A stretch of 64,000 bases of DNA from Paraphysomonas bandaiensis. Its lineage: Eukaryota > Protista > Chrysophyceae. A program made the translations under genes and the position numbers. A model generated the notes under the pieces. That model made no database searches, was not told where the DNA came from, and saw only the letters and a list, made by a program, of their open reading frames with translations. Numbering within the stretch: position 1 is the stretch's first letter; each line of letters begins with the position of its first letter. The stretch is taken from the NCBI GenBank assembly GCA_965644295.1, contig CBFFRP010000285.1, positions 62,001-126,000 of the forward strand, given 5' to 3'. Shown here in pieces: positions 50,569 to 62,470 of this stretch.

Positions 50569-51188
50569 TGTGATATACGATGTAAATTATGACATCGAGT
50601 TTTATTCCAATTCGTTCACCTTTGTGTTTGATCAACTGGTTTTGTTGATTTACTGTCACTCTTTTATTTAAAGTACTATATGTAAAACTGGAGTAGATAA
50701 ATGGTATGTTTCGTGATATATTTAAGTCATGATGTGCTTGTTTGTCGAGTATATGGGCCTATATTGTTGGTACGTCATTGGATTTCGTTGTCTTTGGAGT
50801 AGAAGTTTTATTCTATGAATCAACAATCAAGTTTAATCAATCTTTCGTCATCAATACTGTAAGATAAATACTAGCTATCTGGTTGCAATACATAGGATAC
50901 GTACAGAGATATAAACTCAGTTATGTAGTGAGCTATAGCTGTAAAGAAAATTCATTCTGCTTGTACAACTTAATGAATTGAACATTTCACTACTATTCTT
51001 TTCATCGTTCCACATTGAACAATGTAAAGTATTTTTGCAGAATAGAATTGACATTTTGATCTTCCTTTTCTAATATATGCCGAAACCCGGTTTGACAACC
51101 TACATCTGACAAGCAGCACATATAACGCTATCATTAACATCGATTCTATTAGTTGAGCAAAGATGATTTTATGTTACATCGATTCTAT

Positions 51189-52513
51189 CAGGGATAGGGA
51201 ACAATATATTGCAATACTATTGTTAGGTAGCGTTCCATCAATAGTATTGATGGATTTTTTAAACCGGCCCTACAATACTATTGCAATATATTGCAATATA
51301 TTGTACAATATATTGCAATATATTAGTATGACTAATCAGTAAGTAAACACATCCGTAGTTTTCATTTTTAGTACTTGCCATATTTTATAAGGTCTAAGGT
51401 CACTTGATAATCAAACCCACTACTCTTAACTAATTAAAAGTTTCCTCATACTCATCCTCTGAGCCATCATCGGTGACATCATCATCACCATATTCATTCA
51501 ATATTGATTGAAATATGCTTGCATCCGGCCACAACTGTCGGTTAGCTTTCAGAAACAACAGCATATTAAGTGTAGTAGGATGCATACGTTTGCGCAACAC
51601 TGATATAATCAGTTTTGCTGCGCTGAACAGGCGTTCACACGTATTGGAAGTACATACTACATGACTCGTGCACCTGTACTTAGATATTTCAACTTTTCGC
51701 TTCTTAAGTTTTTGAGCTGATTGAAGAATTTTTTCCGCATAGCCAACTTCAGCTTCATCATCCTCTGTATTGTTGCAATAATCACTGTCTGAACGGAGAT
51801 ATATTCTAACAGCATCTTTCTCAGATCTTGTCAAGTCCAATTCTTCGCCTGCTTGGAGTTTTGCAATTCCATTCTCGAAATTCGGATCATTAAGTCTGAA
51901 GGCTGCAGAACAAAAGCATCCATGGGACCATTGGTGCAGACAGCCCGTAAATACCTCTTCAATGTCTCCTCCCACACATCATGAGAGAAAGTGTGATCCT
52001 TTAGATTGTTGTATCCATTCCGAATATTCTGTTGTCGTTTACGTCCGCAGATTTTACACTCGTGTTTGTTCGGGACACCTTCGACCGGACTCCAAAAACA
52101 GCGGTAAATGTCCCTACTCTTGTATGCACTCATCATTCAGTTGTCTCTTCTTGTCACTATAGGATATATATACTATATTAAGAGAAGTACTGTACATACA
52201 TGTGGAGAGGTGTAGAGTGCTGTTTGAGCTGGCGATACATAAAAAATAGAAAATAACATCAAAAATAGGCTTTTTTTCTTATTTTCCGGATATTTGTATA
52301 CAGAGGCGTATATTTTGCACCATACAGTTGAGGATCTTCTCTTATATGACTATCATAATATTGATTGCAATATATTGCAATAGTATTGTGAGCTCTATTA
52401 ACAGAAACACTATTGATGGAATATTTGACCAGTCCACCAATCAATATATTTTACAATATATTGCAATATATTGTACAATATATTGCAATACAATATATTG
52501 TTCCCTATCCCTG
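51189..52513 (-). mobile_element. hAT DNA transposon, internally deleted (non-autonomous)
   Basis: Perfect 23-bp TIR CAGGGATAGGGAACAATATATTG; 8-bp TSD GATTCTAT; CAATATATTG subterminal repeats. Confidence 0.93.
51430..52136 (-). pseudogene. hAT transposase remnant (BED finger and C-terminal dimerization domain, core deleted)
   Basis: CKICG..NLKDHTFSH in one frame; TSNTCERLFSAAK..MHPTTLNMLLFLKANR in another. Confidence 0.85.
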
Positions 52514-53028
52514 GATTCTATTAGTTGAGCAAAGATGATTTCTGCCCCATGATGACTGCGTAACTAATCACCGCGTTTAACCATCTAGTGAGTGTTACAC
52601 ATTGCTTAGTTCAGCAGCGCTTACCCACCCGGGTTCTCACGTTCTCACTGCATATTCAGCGCCAAATACCGTATGATATTGATGTAGCACTGCAACCACA
52701 CTGACGGAATTAATGTAATAATCAGCTATTTAGTTATTTTATATTTTATACTGTGATATCTATATTATATATGCCTATGGACTATGGATGTAGCTAGAGT
52801 CCACTTCGTTGATAGAGTTTTGAGGGGATCACTAGAGAAATATATTCCTACTATCTCCACAAAGATCAGATAAGAATTGTGGGCAAGACAACTTGATGAG
52901 ATAGGTCAAGATGTCCTGGCATAGCATTTACTACGATGCAGGGCTGCGTAATAATTAATTGCAATTAAATTGAAATTATTAGGTATAGCATTGTAGTACG
53001 ATGCACTGTTCTGAGTATATTAGTAAGT

Positions 53029-53207
53029 ACTACGATCTACATTATCATGGTCGACCACAGTCATTGAGTATACGAGTATGCAACATGCAACAGTACGTCA
53101 GCACATTAAAAGTTATTCTTGTGACTTGTGAATATGAATAATCCTTAGAATTATGATGTAGCCGACAAAATATAATTTTAGTCGTAAATTTCAAGCCTGT
53201 GTATTTC
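53029..53207 (+). repeat. 179-bp direct repeat, left copy (putative TSD)
   Basis: Identical by eye to 56322-56500. Confidence 0.95.
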
Positions 53208-56084
53208 AACGATGTAGTTGACTGGTTTGGCAACTTAGATGCCGGCGGTCTAACATTTCCCTGGACACCATTCATGGCAAACAACATAGAGCCACGTTCT
53301 CTCCTTGACCTCCTGTCCGCAGACGGCCACTTCATTGCACTATTCAGTCTGGGTTTCGAAGCCGAAAGGGGTATCACCCAAGGGGGCACAGAATCCACAT
53401 GCGCCTGGGTGGCACTCTACGACATCCTTCTCACGTGGCTGGACATTGAACTGTCAACAACGAGTCCAACGTTACCAACTATTCAACTCACGACTCCGAC
53501 TACCGGCGAAATAAAGATCTCCTTCGCGGATGATCTTAACACAATAGCTAAATCCATACACGCTGCCCAACTCATTGCCCAACAAATATCTGCGTTCTGC
53601 GTACTTTCGGGAATGGAGCTCTCTATCCCCAAAGTAGTTTGCACAGTGTTTCCGATCCTACAAGATTCCAACAAGTCCTCCGACCCCATTGGCTACATCA
53701 TTCTCTACGACTGGTCGTGGCGTCCACACCCAGTCCCTATCCAAACATCACTAGAGTCGATACATTACCTCGGAGCAGACCTTCCTCTCACAATCACAGA
53801 CAAGGCCTCCCATGATTGGTGTCTAAAATACCTGAAAGTCGTGACCACACACCTAGGGATTAAACAGGCCTCAGCCGGCTGTAAAGTCATGGTTATCGAG
53901 ACCCAAATCATACCGACTTTGCTCTATAGAGCCACCAAAGCTTCATGGCCGCTACACTGGTACAGAGAAATTGACGCTGCTTGCGCAACCCTCTACAGAA
54001 AGGCCCTCAGTCTAGGCCCTGGATACCCCACGGAACTGATCTACCTCTCACTCAAGCACAACGGATTAGGTATGAAACGTTTCTCAGACTCGGCGCAGGA
54101 GCAAAAATGGGGATCTCTACAGCGCGCAATAACCCTCGGGGGAGAAGCAGGTCAAGCAGCACATTTTCTACTCACTCAGACAACAGAGCCACAGCCCCAA
54201 TACCACCACTATGTTCTCAGCCTCAGGGAATGGGGAACGGAATTGGGCCTTACCCTTCAGGAACCTGAGCCCCCCGAACCACAGGATGAACACATGCTGA
54301 CCAACCTAAAACAAGAACTCGGCCTTAATAGTGTCCAACCAGATACTTTCAAGGCTATCTTCACAGATGGATCATACACAGCCAGTGCGCTCTCCACTCG
54401 TCGCCTCACTCATGTCAATCCGCGAACCCGATGGACACACCGAGGAGGTGCAGCGGTCGTCTACTTACCCCCAGAAAATGCCTGGGAAGATGGTACAACC
54501 ACAATACTACGACTAGATACACCCTTTCGTGACGTGCCCGGTTTGGACTCATACGCATACGAACTCATAGGCACAGCCATGGGGCTTATACTCTCAACAC
54601 GTATTCCCGAACACATACGAAGCCACACAGACTGTCAGGCAGTGTGCACCCGCACTGAGGAAGCACTCTCCACAAGACGCAGAGCTCTCGGTCACCGTGC
54701 AAAAGGGGTACTACTCGAAAGCATCGCAGCCAGCAGAGATTGCAAACGACAGGTGACCTGGGTGAGGTCCCATCCCGAACGACGTACCACAGATGAAACG
54801 GAGTGGACGTTTGAGGACAAGGGCATCTATATTGCGGACGCAGTTGCGGGTGAAGACTGGCATGAAGTCGATCGCATCCTTGGAAAAAATAACTACACTG
54901 TCTGCACAATTGCGATTGACAGTGCCATCGAACGCTTACTAACTGCTGGATTATGGCACTGGCGTATGCACAGTACAAGACGGCCATACTACTCTAGCCC
55001 ACTCCTTACTAATTTCCAGGATCTCTGCGACCTAAGGACACTTGAGAACTACACTTCAACCAGAGATCAACGCTACGGACACAATCCTGATCGAGCGCCT
55101 GGCTACTGGACCAATAGCGGAGTACACCTCCCGCGCAAACTAGCTCAAGCGGATGGCAGTGCATCCAAAGACAAACTCAGCTCAAATCTACGCCAAAGAA
55201 TACTCAACACGGCACTGACATGGGACAAATCTTTCTGCATAGGGAGGAACCGGGCCAAAACCAAACAGGGACTTGACCTGACCAAAGCCGCATGCTCTGA
55301 CTGCGGGTTTCGACTAGATTCCCTAAAACATATGTGCCTCGACTGCACACATGAATCCATCACCCAAATAAGGGAAACTGCATTTCAATCGCATAAAAAT
55401 GTGCTCCACGAAATACAGAGAACTCAGACCTTACCCAACTGGATCACATCTGCACTACGGAGACTCTCCAGCAGAGCCTGGAATCCCTCCATCCCACAGG
55501 TCGAGAGATACTGGACTGGAACCATCACAGCAGCCCAACTGGAAACGGTCTTCGAAGATGCCATACACAACCACCTGACGGCACACAGTCTACGGAACCT
55601 AGAAACAGCGGTTATTAATCTCCTGCAACCGCTTTACACTGCAGCGAAGCTTATGCTACAGGATCGCGGTTGTCGCTATATCACCATGTCCAAAAGGCCG
55701 CCCAGACTACTCCCGAGACCCCGTCCGAAACGCAGTCAGTCAAGACAACGTCCGAGAGTCCTTCGACTACTAGGGGTCCAACGAAGACCCCCCACAGCGT
55801 CCCCGACTCCAGACACACGTGCACACCTCACAGGTCCTACCCGACAGAGCACTGGACTGCCCAGACCTCCACAACGCCGACGGCTTCGACAACTCTATCT
55901 ACACCCGCGGCCCCACAGGAGCACAGTAACACAGACTACAAACCCAACTCCTCCTCCCAACAATCCCCACCACTCTCAACCCACACATCTGGAACTAGGT
56001 GCACTCAGGACCCTAATCCAGAACGCTGAGCCCCCTCCAACACCAATGGAGACCCATCCCAAAGGGAGACCCCCAGATCAATAG
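53208..56084 (+). CDS. ORF2 fragment: non-LTR RT C-half, RNase H, CCHC Zn finger, Arg/Pro-rich tail
   Basis: GITQGG, SFADD, HYLG, NGLG; IFTDGS..AYELIG..TDCQ..WVRSH..IADAVA; CSDC..KHMCLDC. The ORF-track start (53199) lies inside the flanking repeat. Confidence 0.88.
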   Translation, partial: NDVVDWFGNLDAGGLTFPWTPFMANNIEPRSLLDLLSADGHFIALFSLGFEAERGITQGGTESTCAWVALYDILLTWLDIELSTTSPTLPTIQLTTPTTGEIKISFADDLNTIAKSIHAAQLIAQQISAFCVLSGMELSIPKVVCTVFPILQDSNKSSDPIGYIILYDWSWRPHPVPIQTSLESIHYLGADLPLTITDKASHDWCLKYLKVVTTHLGIKQASAGCKVMVIETQIIPTLLYRATKASWPLHWYREIDAACATLYRKALSLGPGYPTELIYLSLKHNGLGMKRFSDSAQEQKWGSLQRAITLGGEAGQAAHFLLTQTTEPQPQYHHYVLSLREWGTELGLTLQEPEPPEPQDEHMLTNLKQELGLNSVQPDTFKAIFTDGSYTASALSTRRLTHVNPRTRWTHRGGAAVVYLPPENAWEDGTTTILRLDTPFRDVPGLDSYAYELIGTAMGLILSTRIPEHIRSHTDCQAVCTRTEEALSTRRRALGHRAKGVLLESIAASRDCKRQVTWVRSHPERRTTDETEWTFEDKGIYIADAVAGEDWHEVDRILGKNNYTVCTIAIDSAIERLLTAGLWHWRMHSTRRPYYSSPLLTNFQDLCDLRTLENYTSTRDQRYGHNPDRAPGYWTNSGVHLPRKLAQADGSASKDKLSSNLRQRILNTALTWDKSFCIGRNRAKTKQGLDLTKAACSDCGFRLDSLKHMCLDCTHESITQIRETAFQSHKNVLHEIQRTQTLPNWITSALRRLSSRAWNPSIPQVERYWTGTITAAQLETVFEDAIHNHLTAHSLRNLETAVINLLQPLYTAAKLMLQDRGCRYITMSKRPPRLLPRPRPKRSQSRQRPRVLRLLGVQRRPPTASPTPDTRAHLTGPTRQSTGLPRPPQRRRLRQLYLHPRPHRSTVTQTTNPTPPPNNPHHSQPTHLELGALRTLIQNAEPPPTPMETHPKGRPPDQ

Positions 56085-56321
56085 CGCCGGTGAGTCCACG
56101 GACACACGATAAAGGCGAATTTCATATCACACAAAAGAACGGAAGTGGTTGCACCTTGGTGCTTGCGGCGACGCACAAGCAGCTTTCGTAGCGTTAAATA
56201 GTAGGATAAAAGAGTTTGTATTGATTAGTTACGGGTAGTGGTCTAACTAGTATGACTAGCATTCTTCTAGCCACTAATTGATGCAAGGTCTCAACGCCTA
56301 TTGCTAAATAATCAGACATTC
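53208..56321 (+). mobile_element. 5'-truncated non-LTR retrotransposon (RT, RNase H, CCHC finger)
   Basis: Starts mid-RT; ~240-bp 3' UTR ending GACATTCACTA; 3' UTR homologs at 33695 and 37652. Confidence 0.9.
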
Positions 56322-56500
56322 ACTACGATCTACATTATCATGGTCGACCACAGTCATTGAGTATACGAGTATGCAACATGCAACAGTACGTCAGCACATT
56401 AAAAGTTATTCTTGTGACTTGTGAATATGAATAATCCTTAGAATTATGATGTAGCCGACAAAATATAATTTTAGTCGTAAATTTCAAGCCTGTGTATTTC
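56322..56500 (+). repeat. 179-bp direct repeat, right copy (putative TSD)
   Basis: Identical by eye to 53029-53207. Confidence 0.95.
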
Positions 56501-56748
56501 CTAATTCATAAGAATTTAACTGCTACAAATCCGCAACGGCCAATGTTAAATTACCATGTAGCTTGTGCCCATAACATACTTTTTCTATTTGAGAATCAAA
56601 CTCTATCAATAATCTTGACAACTATGCATGCAAAGGAAGAATCATTATAATCTTAAGAAATTAGGTAAACGATTCAAACTAAATTGAGCTAAGTAATTTT
56701 TCCAATTAAGACAATTATTCTCGCATTTCTGCCGATGATATCGAAAAA

Positions 56749-57445
56749 TCACTTTTCCGCTTTGACCTCTGATGCTGCCTCGTTTCCCCCCTCTTCTTCA
56801 TGATCTATTAACTTGCGGAACACGTAGCAATGAGGAGGATCAATTCTCTTATAATAATTTTCTATCATTCCAGTTTCTTCAAATCCATGTGCACGATAAA
56901 ACTCCCGGGCGTCGTTGTTACTAAGAAAATAGTAAAACAATAAGAGCATATTGTGGTTATTCAATGCATGCACCTGATTTGGACGTGCAAATAGACCTCA
57001 GTTACTGAGGCATTGCGCCTTGCATTCTCCATCACATGGTGCAGAAGTTTCGAGGCTAATATAATAAATATTACAAATCTTCTACCTCAATTATTATCAT
57101 TCATAACTTACCTATTCCACGTCTTCTATACGCCGGAATAACTCCAATAGTCATAATATATATTCTGTTCTTCTCACTATCCGGTAGAGGCTCAAGACGT
57201 GAACATACAGACCCAATAGCAAAACCATTCCAAAAAGCTAATAATAAAAATTATTAATATATTCATATTTATATATAAAACCAACCAAATTTGATATATT
57301 CTGGTGGTGAATTTGCTAATAATTCACGATAGAATTTATCAGAGTAACGTACTGGTAATGCAACCATATTAAGTGTCTTTAATTGTAATAAATTATGATC
57401 TGTAACATCACCAAGTTCAATATCAAGTGGTTTTATTACTGTCAT
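56749..57445 (-). CDS. NAA50: N-alpha-acetyltransferase 50 (NatE, GNAT)
   Basis: IELGDVTDHNLLQLKTLNMVALPVRYSDKFY, YIMTIGVIPAYRRRGI, YLHVQI|SNNDA..FY, NYYKRIDPP; introns. Confidence 0.9.
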
Positions 57446-57534
57446 GATGAAATTGTTATAGTTATAGTTATAGAAGTTAGTTAGTTTGAATGTATGTATA
57501 TATATGTGTGAGGTTTAAACTATTGACTTATGTG

Positions 57535-57570
<36 letters not shown>

Positions 57571-58782
57571 CAGCGTACAGCATAGATATATGTACTATGT
57601 ATATCACTATACACTTGTGTGGTATACCACTCATAGATGGACATAGCGGACCATACAGATATACAGTACACCCTAATGGGTATACGGTCCTCTATACAGC
57701 AGCAGTCCACCGCCACTAACCACTCACAACTAAAAAGCAGGATATTTTGAGTTTCAGGGTCAAATTTCTGGAGTTTATCAACCACCAATGAAATATTACA
57801 ATTACAAATGCTTCTAATATGATTGGTTTTCAAACCATGCAGACAGCCTGACAGCCTGATACTGCTGTTGTATCTAACCTCATGCATATCTATCCACATA
57901 CTGTACCAGAGATTGCAGAAGTAGCAGTAGCACATACATTGTTGCATATTGCCGCCAAAGAGAGTTAGACTATTGCAGTATAGGGCGGGATAGTACACCA
58001 TCACAGCTGCAAGAATTATGTATATAGATATATATGAGATAGATTCCACTTCAATAAAGTACTTCAATAAACCATTTTAAGATAATATTAAAGCACATTG
58101 AAGAAATAACATCCTAACATGAAACTAAGTTTCAAGTCACTACACGCGTTGTTATCACAGATTGAGTGAATGTAAACTCTAGAGTCACATAGTGTTTTCT
58201 TCTTTTTCCAGTTTATTACAATACGTCGTGGTACTCTCAAACTCTAGCAGCCATAATAATACTGTAAGTTAGTGAATAGTCCAGGTCTATCGATGGTGCT
58301 ATTTAGTCTGTTGTTTGGAGTGCGTTCTGACCTTAACAAATAGATATAAGTTATAAGTCATTATGAAAAATAATATCTTCCTTTGCCAACAATTCTGGCG
58401 CGAAGCATGAGTTTATTAGACTTAATTTTCGCCAAATATGCATTTTCCTAAATATATTCAAGTTGAAGGCCTGACTTGCTTATCACTATTACTATAGAAT
58501 CCTAATGGAGTGGTTGGTACGTGACGTATAATTTAAAAGACGTGCTCGCCTCAATTTCCTTGGCAACAATAATGACTCCGCCTATTAACAGATAAAAATA
58601 AACTCATACGTGCCTACAATGCTGATTATTACAGTGCAGTTGATCTGAATAAGTGCTATCAGAATTCATTATTTCTTAAAAAAATTACGCTACTTGAGTA
58701 CACAGCAATTATATACACAGCTACTAAGGCGAATCATTCATTCCCTCTCTCAGATGTGAAAAAAGCACCGGAACAGAACGTA

Positions 58783-61700
58783 CTAAGCCGCCTTATCGCA
58801 TATAGTCTTCACGGTATCCTCATCCACTATAAGGTTCAACTGATAACTCATTTTTGCCACTCTGTCAATGACATTAAACATTTTGCAGACTTCAGTTTGA
58901 ATCAACTTCCACAACCTCGGAACAACATTCAATCCCTGTATCAATGTCAATGGTACTTGGATAGAAAATACAACACTCATACCGACGCATCCAGAAAGCC
59001 GCTAAAATGCTTATCCAGGCGCTTCCTGGCTACCATAATTGAGGACTCGATCGTTTTCCTGTCCATCTTCGACACGGCGCGGCTAACTTCCTCTCTGAAA
59101 AAAAGGTGAGTATAGATCACACTCCAACAAAGAATACATACCTGCGTATATACAGTCCCATCTCCTCAGTGGTGGCTCTTCGGCCAAGCTCCTTGACCCG
59201 GTCCGCTAGGCCAGCGAAAACAGGAAACTCGTAGGATACCATCCACTCGACGTACCTCCTCTCCGCCTCTGCTTTCTGCTCTGCAGCTTGTTGTGCCACA
59301 CGCTCCAAGGCCTTCACCTCTCCCCGTACAGATAGGCTCTCGACTAAAAACTCAAGGTTGTGAATCATAACTATATTAAAGTACTTTTCATTCTGAGAAG
59401 CAACGTCGTGTAACCATGAAAGGAGTTCCTTTCCTACTTTCGAAAGGATGTCATCGACACACTCAAATCTCTGAAATTACAATCACATGTTACAGATCAT
59501 TTAAACTTCGACAAAGACGCACCTTATCTCCTGAAAACTCCTTCATTTGATCAACAAATGCTGGAAATCTTAAGAAAGGCATCAGAACGCTAGTCTTCTT
59601 TGGGTCTTCTTTTGACTGCCTGATCCACGCTATTTGCGCGGTGCAAAACTCCTGTAACCTATCTTGCAGGGTCGCCCTGGCATTGAAAAGAAGAGACTCA
59701 ATTAAGTCAAAAGATGATTCCTCTGATGATGACACAACACTACTATGCTGCTGATGCCTATCCACTAACATCGAAATCGTTACTTGCATGGCCACGACCT
59801 CAATACCATCTGCATAGTCATTTCCCGTAACCAATTTCATCATCTTGTCCCGAAAATATTCAAATAGTTTAGTAAGGATCATAGATACCTGCCCGTAATC
59901 TGAAGCTGCCCTGTCGTTATGAATTGGGAGTATCACTCTTTGGAGAAATACTTTCTCTTTAGCAACAACATCCTCTGCAATGGTCAACGCTACAGCGAGG
60001 ACTGTCCAGGGCGAGGCTACTAACACCCCGCCTGCTCTACACAGCGAGGGGTGCTGGAACCGAAGAGATGGGTTTGTATGCTTCCGCGCTAGAGATCGCG
60101 GTGCGGTTCCGAGTGTAAAAACAGGGCCTTGTCGGTGAGGAATAGAAGCGAAGAGATTTCGAAACATTTCTTTGAATAGGGGGCCGTATAGGTGACTCTC
60201 AGTGGATTCCACATAAGTGCTGCGAATGGTTTCTGCAAGCGAAGGACTCAGCGCTGACAGATGCACCAGGAGCGGAACAAAAGGGGTCACAGAGCTGTGA
60301 TATGATTGTTGAGCAGCAAGAAGCTGGTTAGTGGATAGGTCGGAGAAATGTATGTCGTTAGTGTTGACGCCAGCCCCAACCTCGTTTCCCTCACTCGCCA
60401 CAAGGTAGCGTCCCTGTTGCTCCTTAACGCTATTTGTCAGAGAGCTGAACGAAAACTTCCTCACTATTACAGTACGGGAACCATGTGCCTGCCCTTTACC
60501 CGGAGCTTCAGATAGTGCCCTATGCTGAAGAATTCCTTTGAAGAGTGTAGAACAAAAATCGAACAGACCATGACAAACGTGTTCTGTGAGCTCTACAAGT
60601 TTATGACGCTGATGAGACACCACTGACATGCTCTGCAGCTTCTGCCACTGTGCCTTATCAAATGCCGTATTAGTTCCTTTGATTGCCTCAAGCCCATCAC
60701 GGAGAGACCCAAGGGCAGTCACTAAAGGTAATAAGATGTCAGCGCTGTCACGGAGGTCTCTACTGTCAGCTAGGGATGCTTGAACCACTGGTCCAGGATC
60801 ACGTAATAGTTTTTCATGCTCACTCGCCAGTGCAAGAGGTCCTACTAGAAGGTCAGTAATCATTGTCTTAACTGCAGATAGATTGTGCCAGCTGGTCTCA
60901 AGTGCACCGTTCTCAGCCTCGATCTGAAAGAGTTCTGCTTGCACCCCCGACAGATATCCCACCTGCGCACCCAGCCACTCGTCCACGCACCGTAGCTCCT
61001 GGTCCACGCTGTCAAGAACACTAAGCAGCTCCAAAGTTTCCCTGGCACCTGAAGTTGTACTTCCGTCCTTTGTCACTTCGTCATCCTCCCACTGCAGCAG
61101 GAAATCACATATTTCTACGTGCAGGGAGTCAGCCTCATTCTTTAGTGTGCGCTGCAGGTGCGCAGGATCCGCAGACCCATCTGATCCAACCATGCCCCAA
61201 TGAAGCTCATCGAAAAGCTTCTCTGCATCAACTTCCTCCGGAGTGAACGCAAGAACATCATTCTGAGATGTTTGACGATTGATCTCCTCGAGATTATCCT
61301 CAAGATACTTCGCCAATGGAGGGTGTTTAGTTAGCGTATCATTCGTCACAATTGCAGTACCCAAACCCTGAATATCTATAGCTTGAAATTTGGCATCATT
61401 GTCACATAAATATTTGCAGACATGAATTAAAACCCAGACGACCTCATCACGTTCAACACTACTAGCTGCCTTCCATGTATAATCAATCTCAGTTGACCAT
61501 ATGAACGTGTTTAAGTCATTGCCTAACTTAAGATTTCTAATATCAGACATATTCCATGATTGCTTTATTTCCATATGTTTCCCTCGGTTACTAATAGAGA
61601 CAATATATGCACTTGCTATCTGAGAGTTGTAAAATATAAATAAATAGTGATCTGTATGATGTTTCTTTATATGAGTGGATTTCTTACTAACGGGTGTAAT

Positions 61701-61910
61701 TGCCATATAATAAATAATTTCATATGATCTCCATATTTTATCTTTTGATAAATCAATCACTTTATCTTGTAATGATTCCATTGTTGTCTTTGTATCATAA
61801 TCATCATCTGTATAGAGTTTAAGTCGTCGAGATGTTCCTTTATTAGAGTTCTTAGATAAGATACCAGGATTACGTAGAAATCCATTCTTATCTTTTTTCT
61901 TTAATTCCAT
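58783..61910 (-). CDS. SEC3: Exocyst subunit Sec3 (EXOC1)
   Basis: N-terminal PH-like region (KQSWNMSDIR, TWKAASSVERDE), coiled coil (IEAENGALETSWHNL), C-terminal PFLRFPAFV, KYFNIVMIHN, KRLDKHF..LW. Confidence 0.75.
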
Positions 61911-62470
61911 AGTAAAATTATAATGATTTAATTGGTTCGTATTGATATTACTTCATAACTTCGACTTCAATTGATATATAATATGAAATGATATGCATCT
62001 TATGAGTACACTTCATTGTTGCTATGACAGTTAGGTAGACTACATACTTTGATAGGGTATATGTATAGCAAACTAGTTGCTGTGTATTTTCAGTTTTAGG
62101 AACATTCCATATTATTCTTGATGTAAGTGAATTCAGCACCACACATTTTTTCGAAATTTTTTTCGAAACGAAACGAAAATCAGCGAAGTCGAAGTGACTT
62201 CTACTTCCCTCCTATAAATCACATACACATTCCTACATATACATACATATATATACCATATGGTGGATATAGTACTTTAGTGTTGTACTACACTGTCTTG
62301 AGCTTCCATCTGTCTGTCTCTATACACTCTACCATACTATGGACTAGAAGGAATAGATAAATTGCACAGTAGAATCATATATATACATATTCATTGTACT
62401 CATTAGCATATTCTTATCAAATCCTTCATATAATCATATAGATTGAAAGTTCTTTTCTTCTTGAATATTC

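Noticed and set aside
51200-51330. Repeated CAATATATTG palindromes resembling a CRISPR-like array
   Set aside because: They are hAT subterminal repeats mirrored at the other end, without unique spacers.
53029-56500. Reading the 179-bp repeats as LTRs of an LTR/DIRS/Penelope element
   Set aside because: RT is non-LTR type and 5'-truncated, no PBS/PPT or terminal inverted motif, and other family 3' ends lack the repeat.
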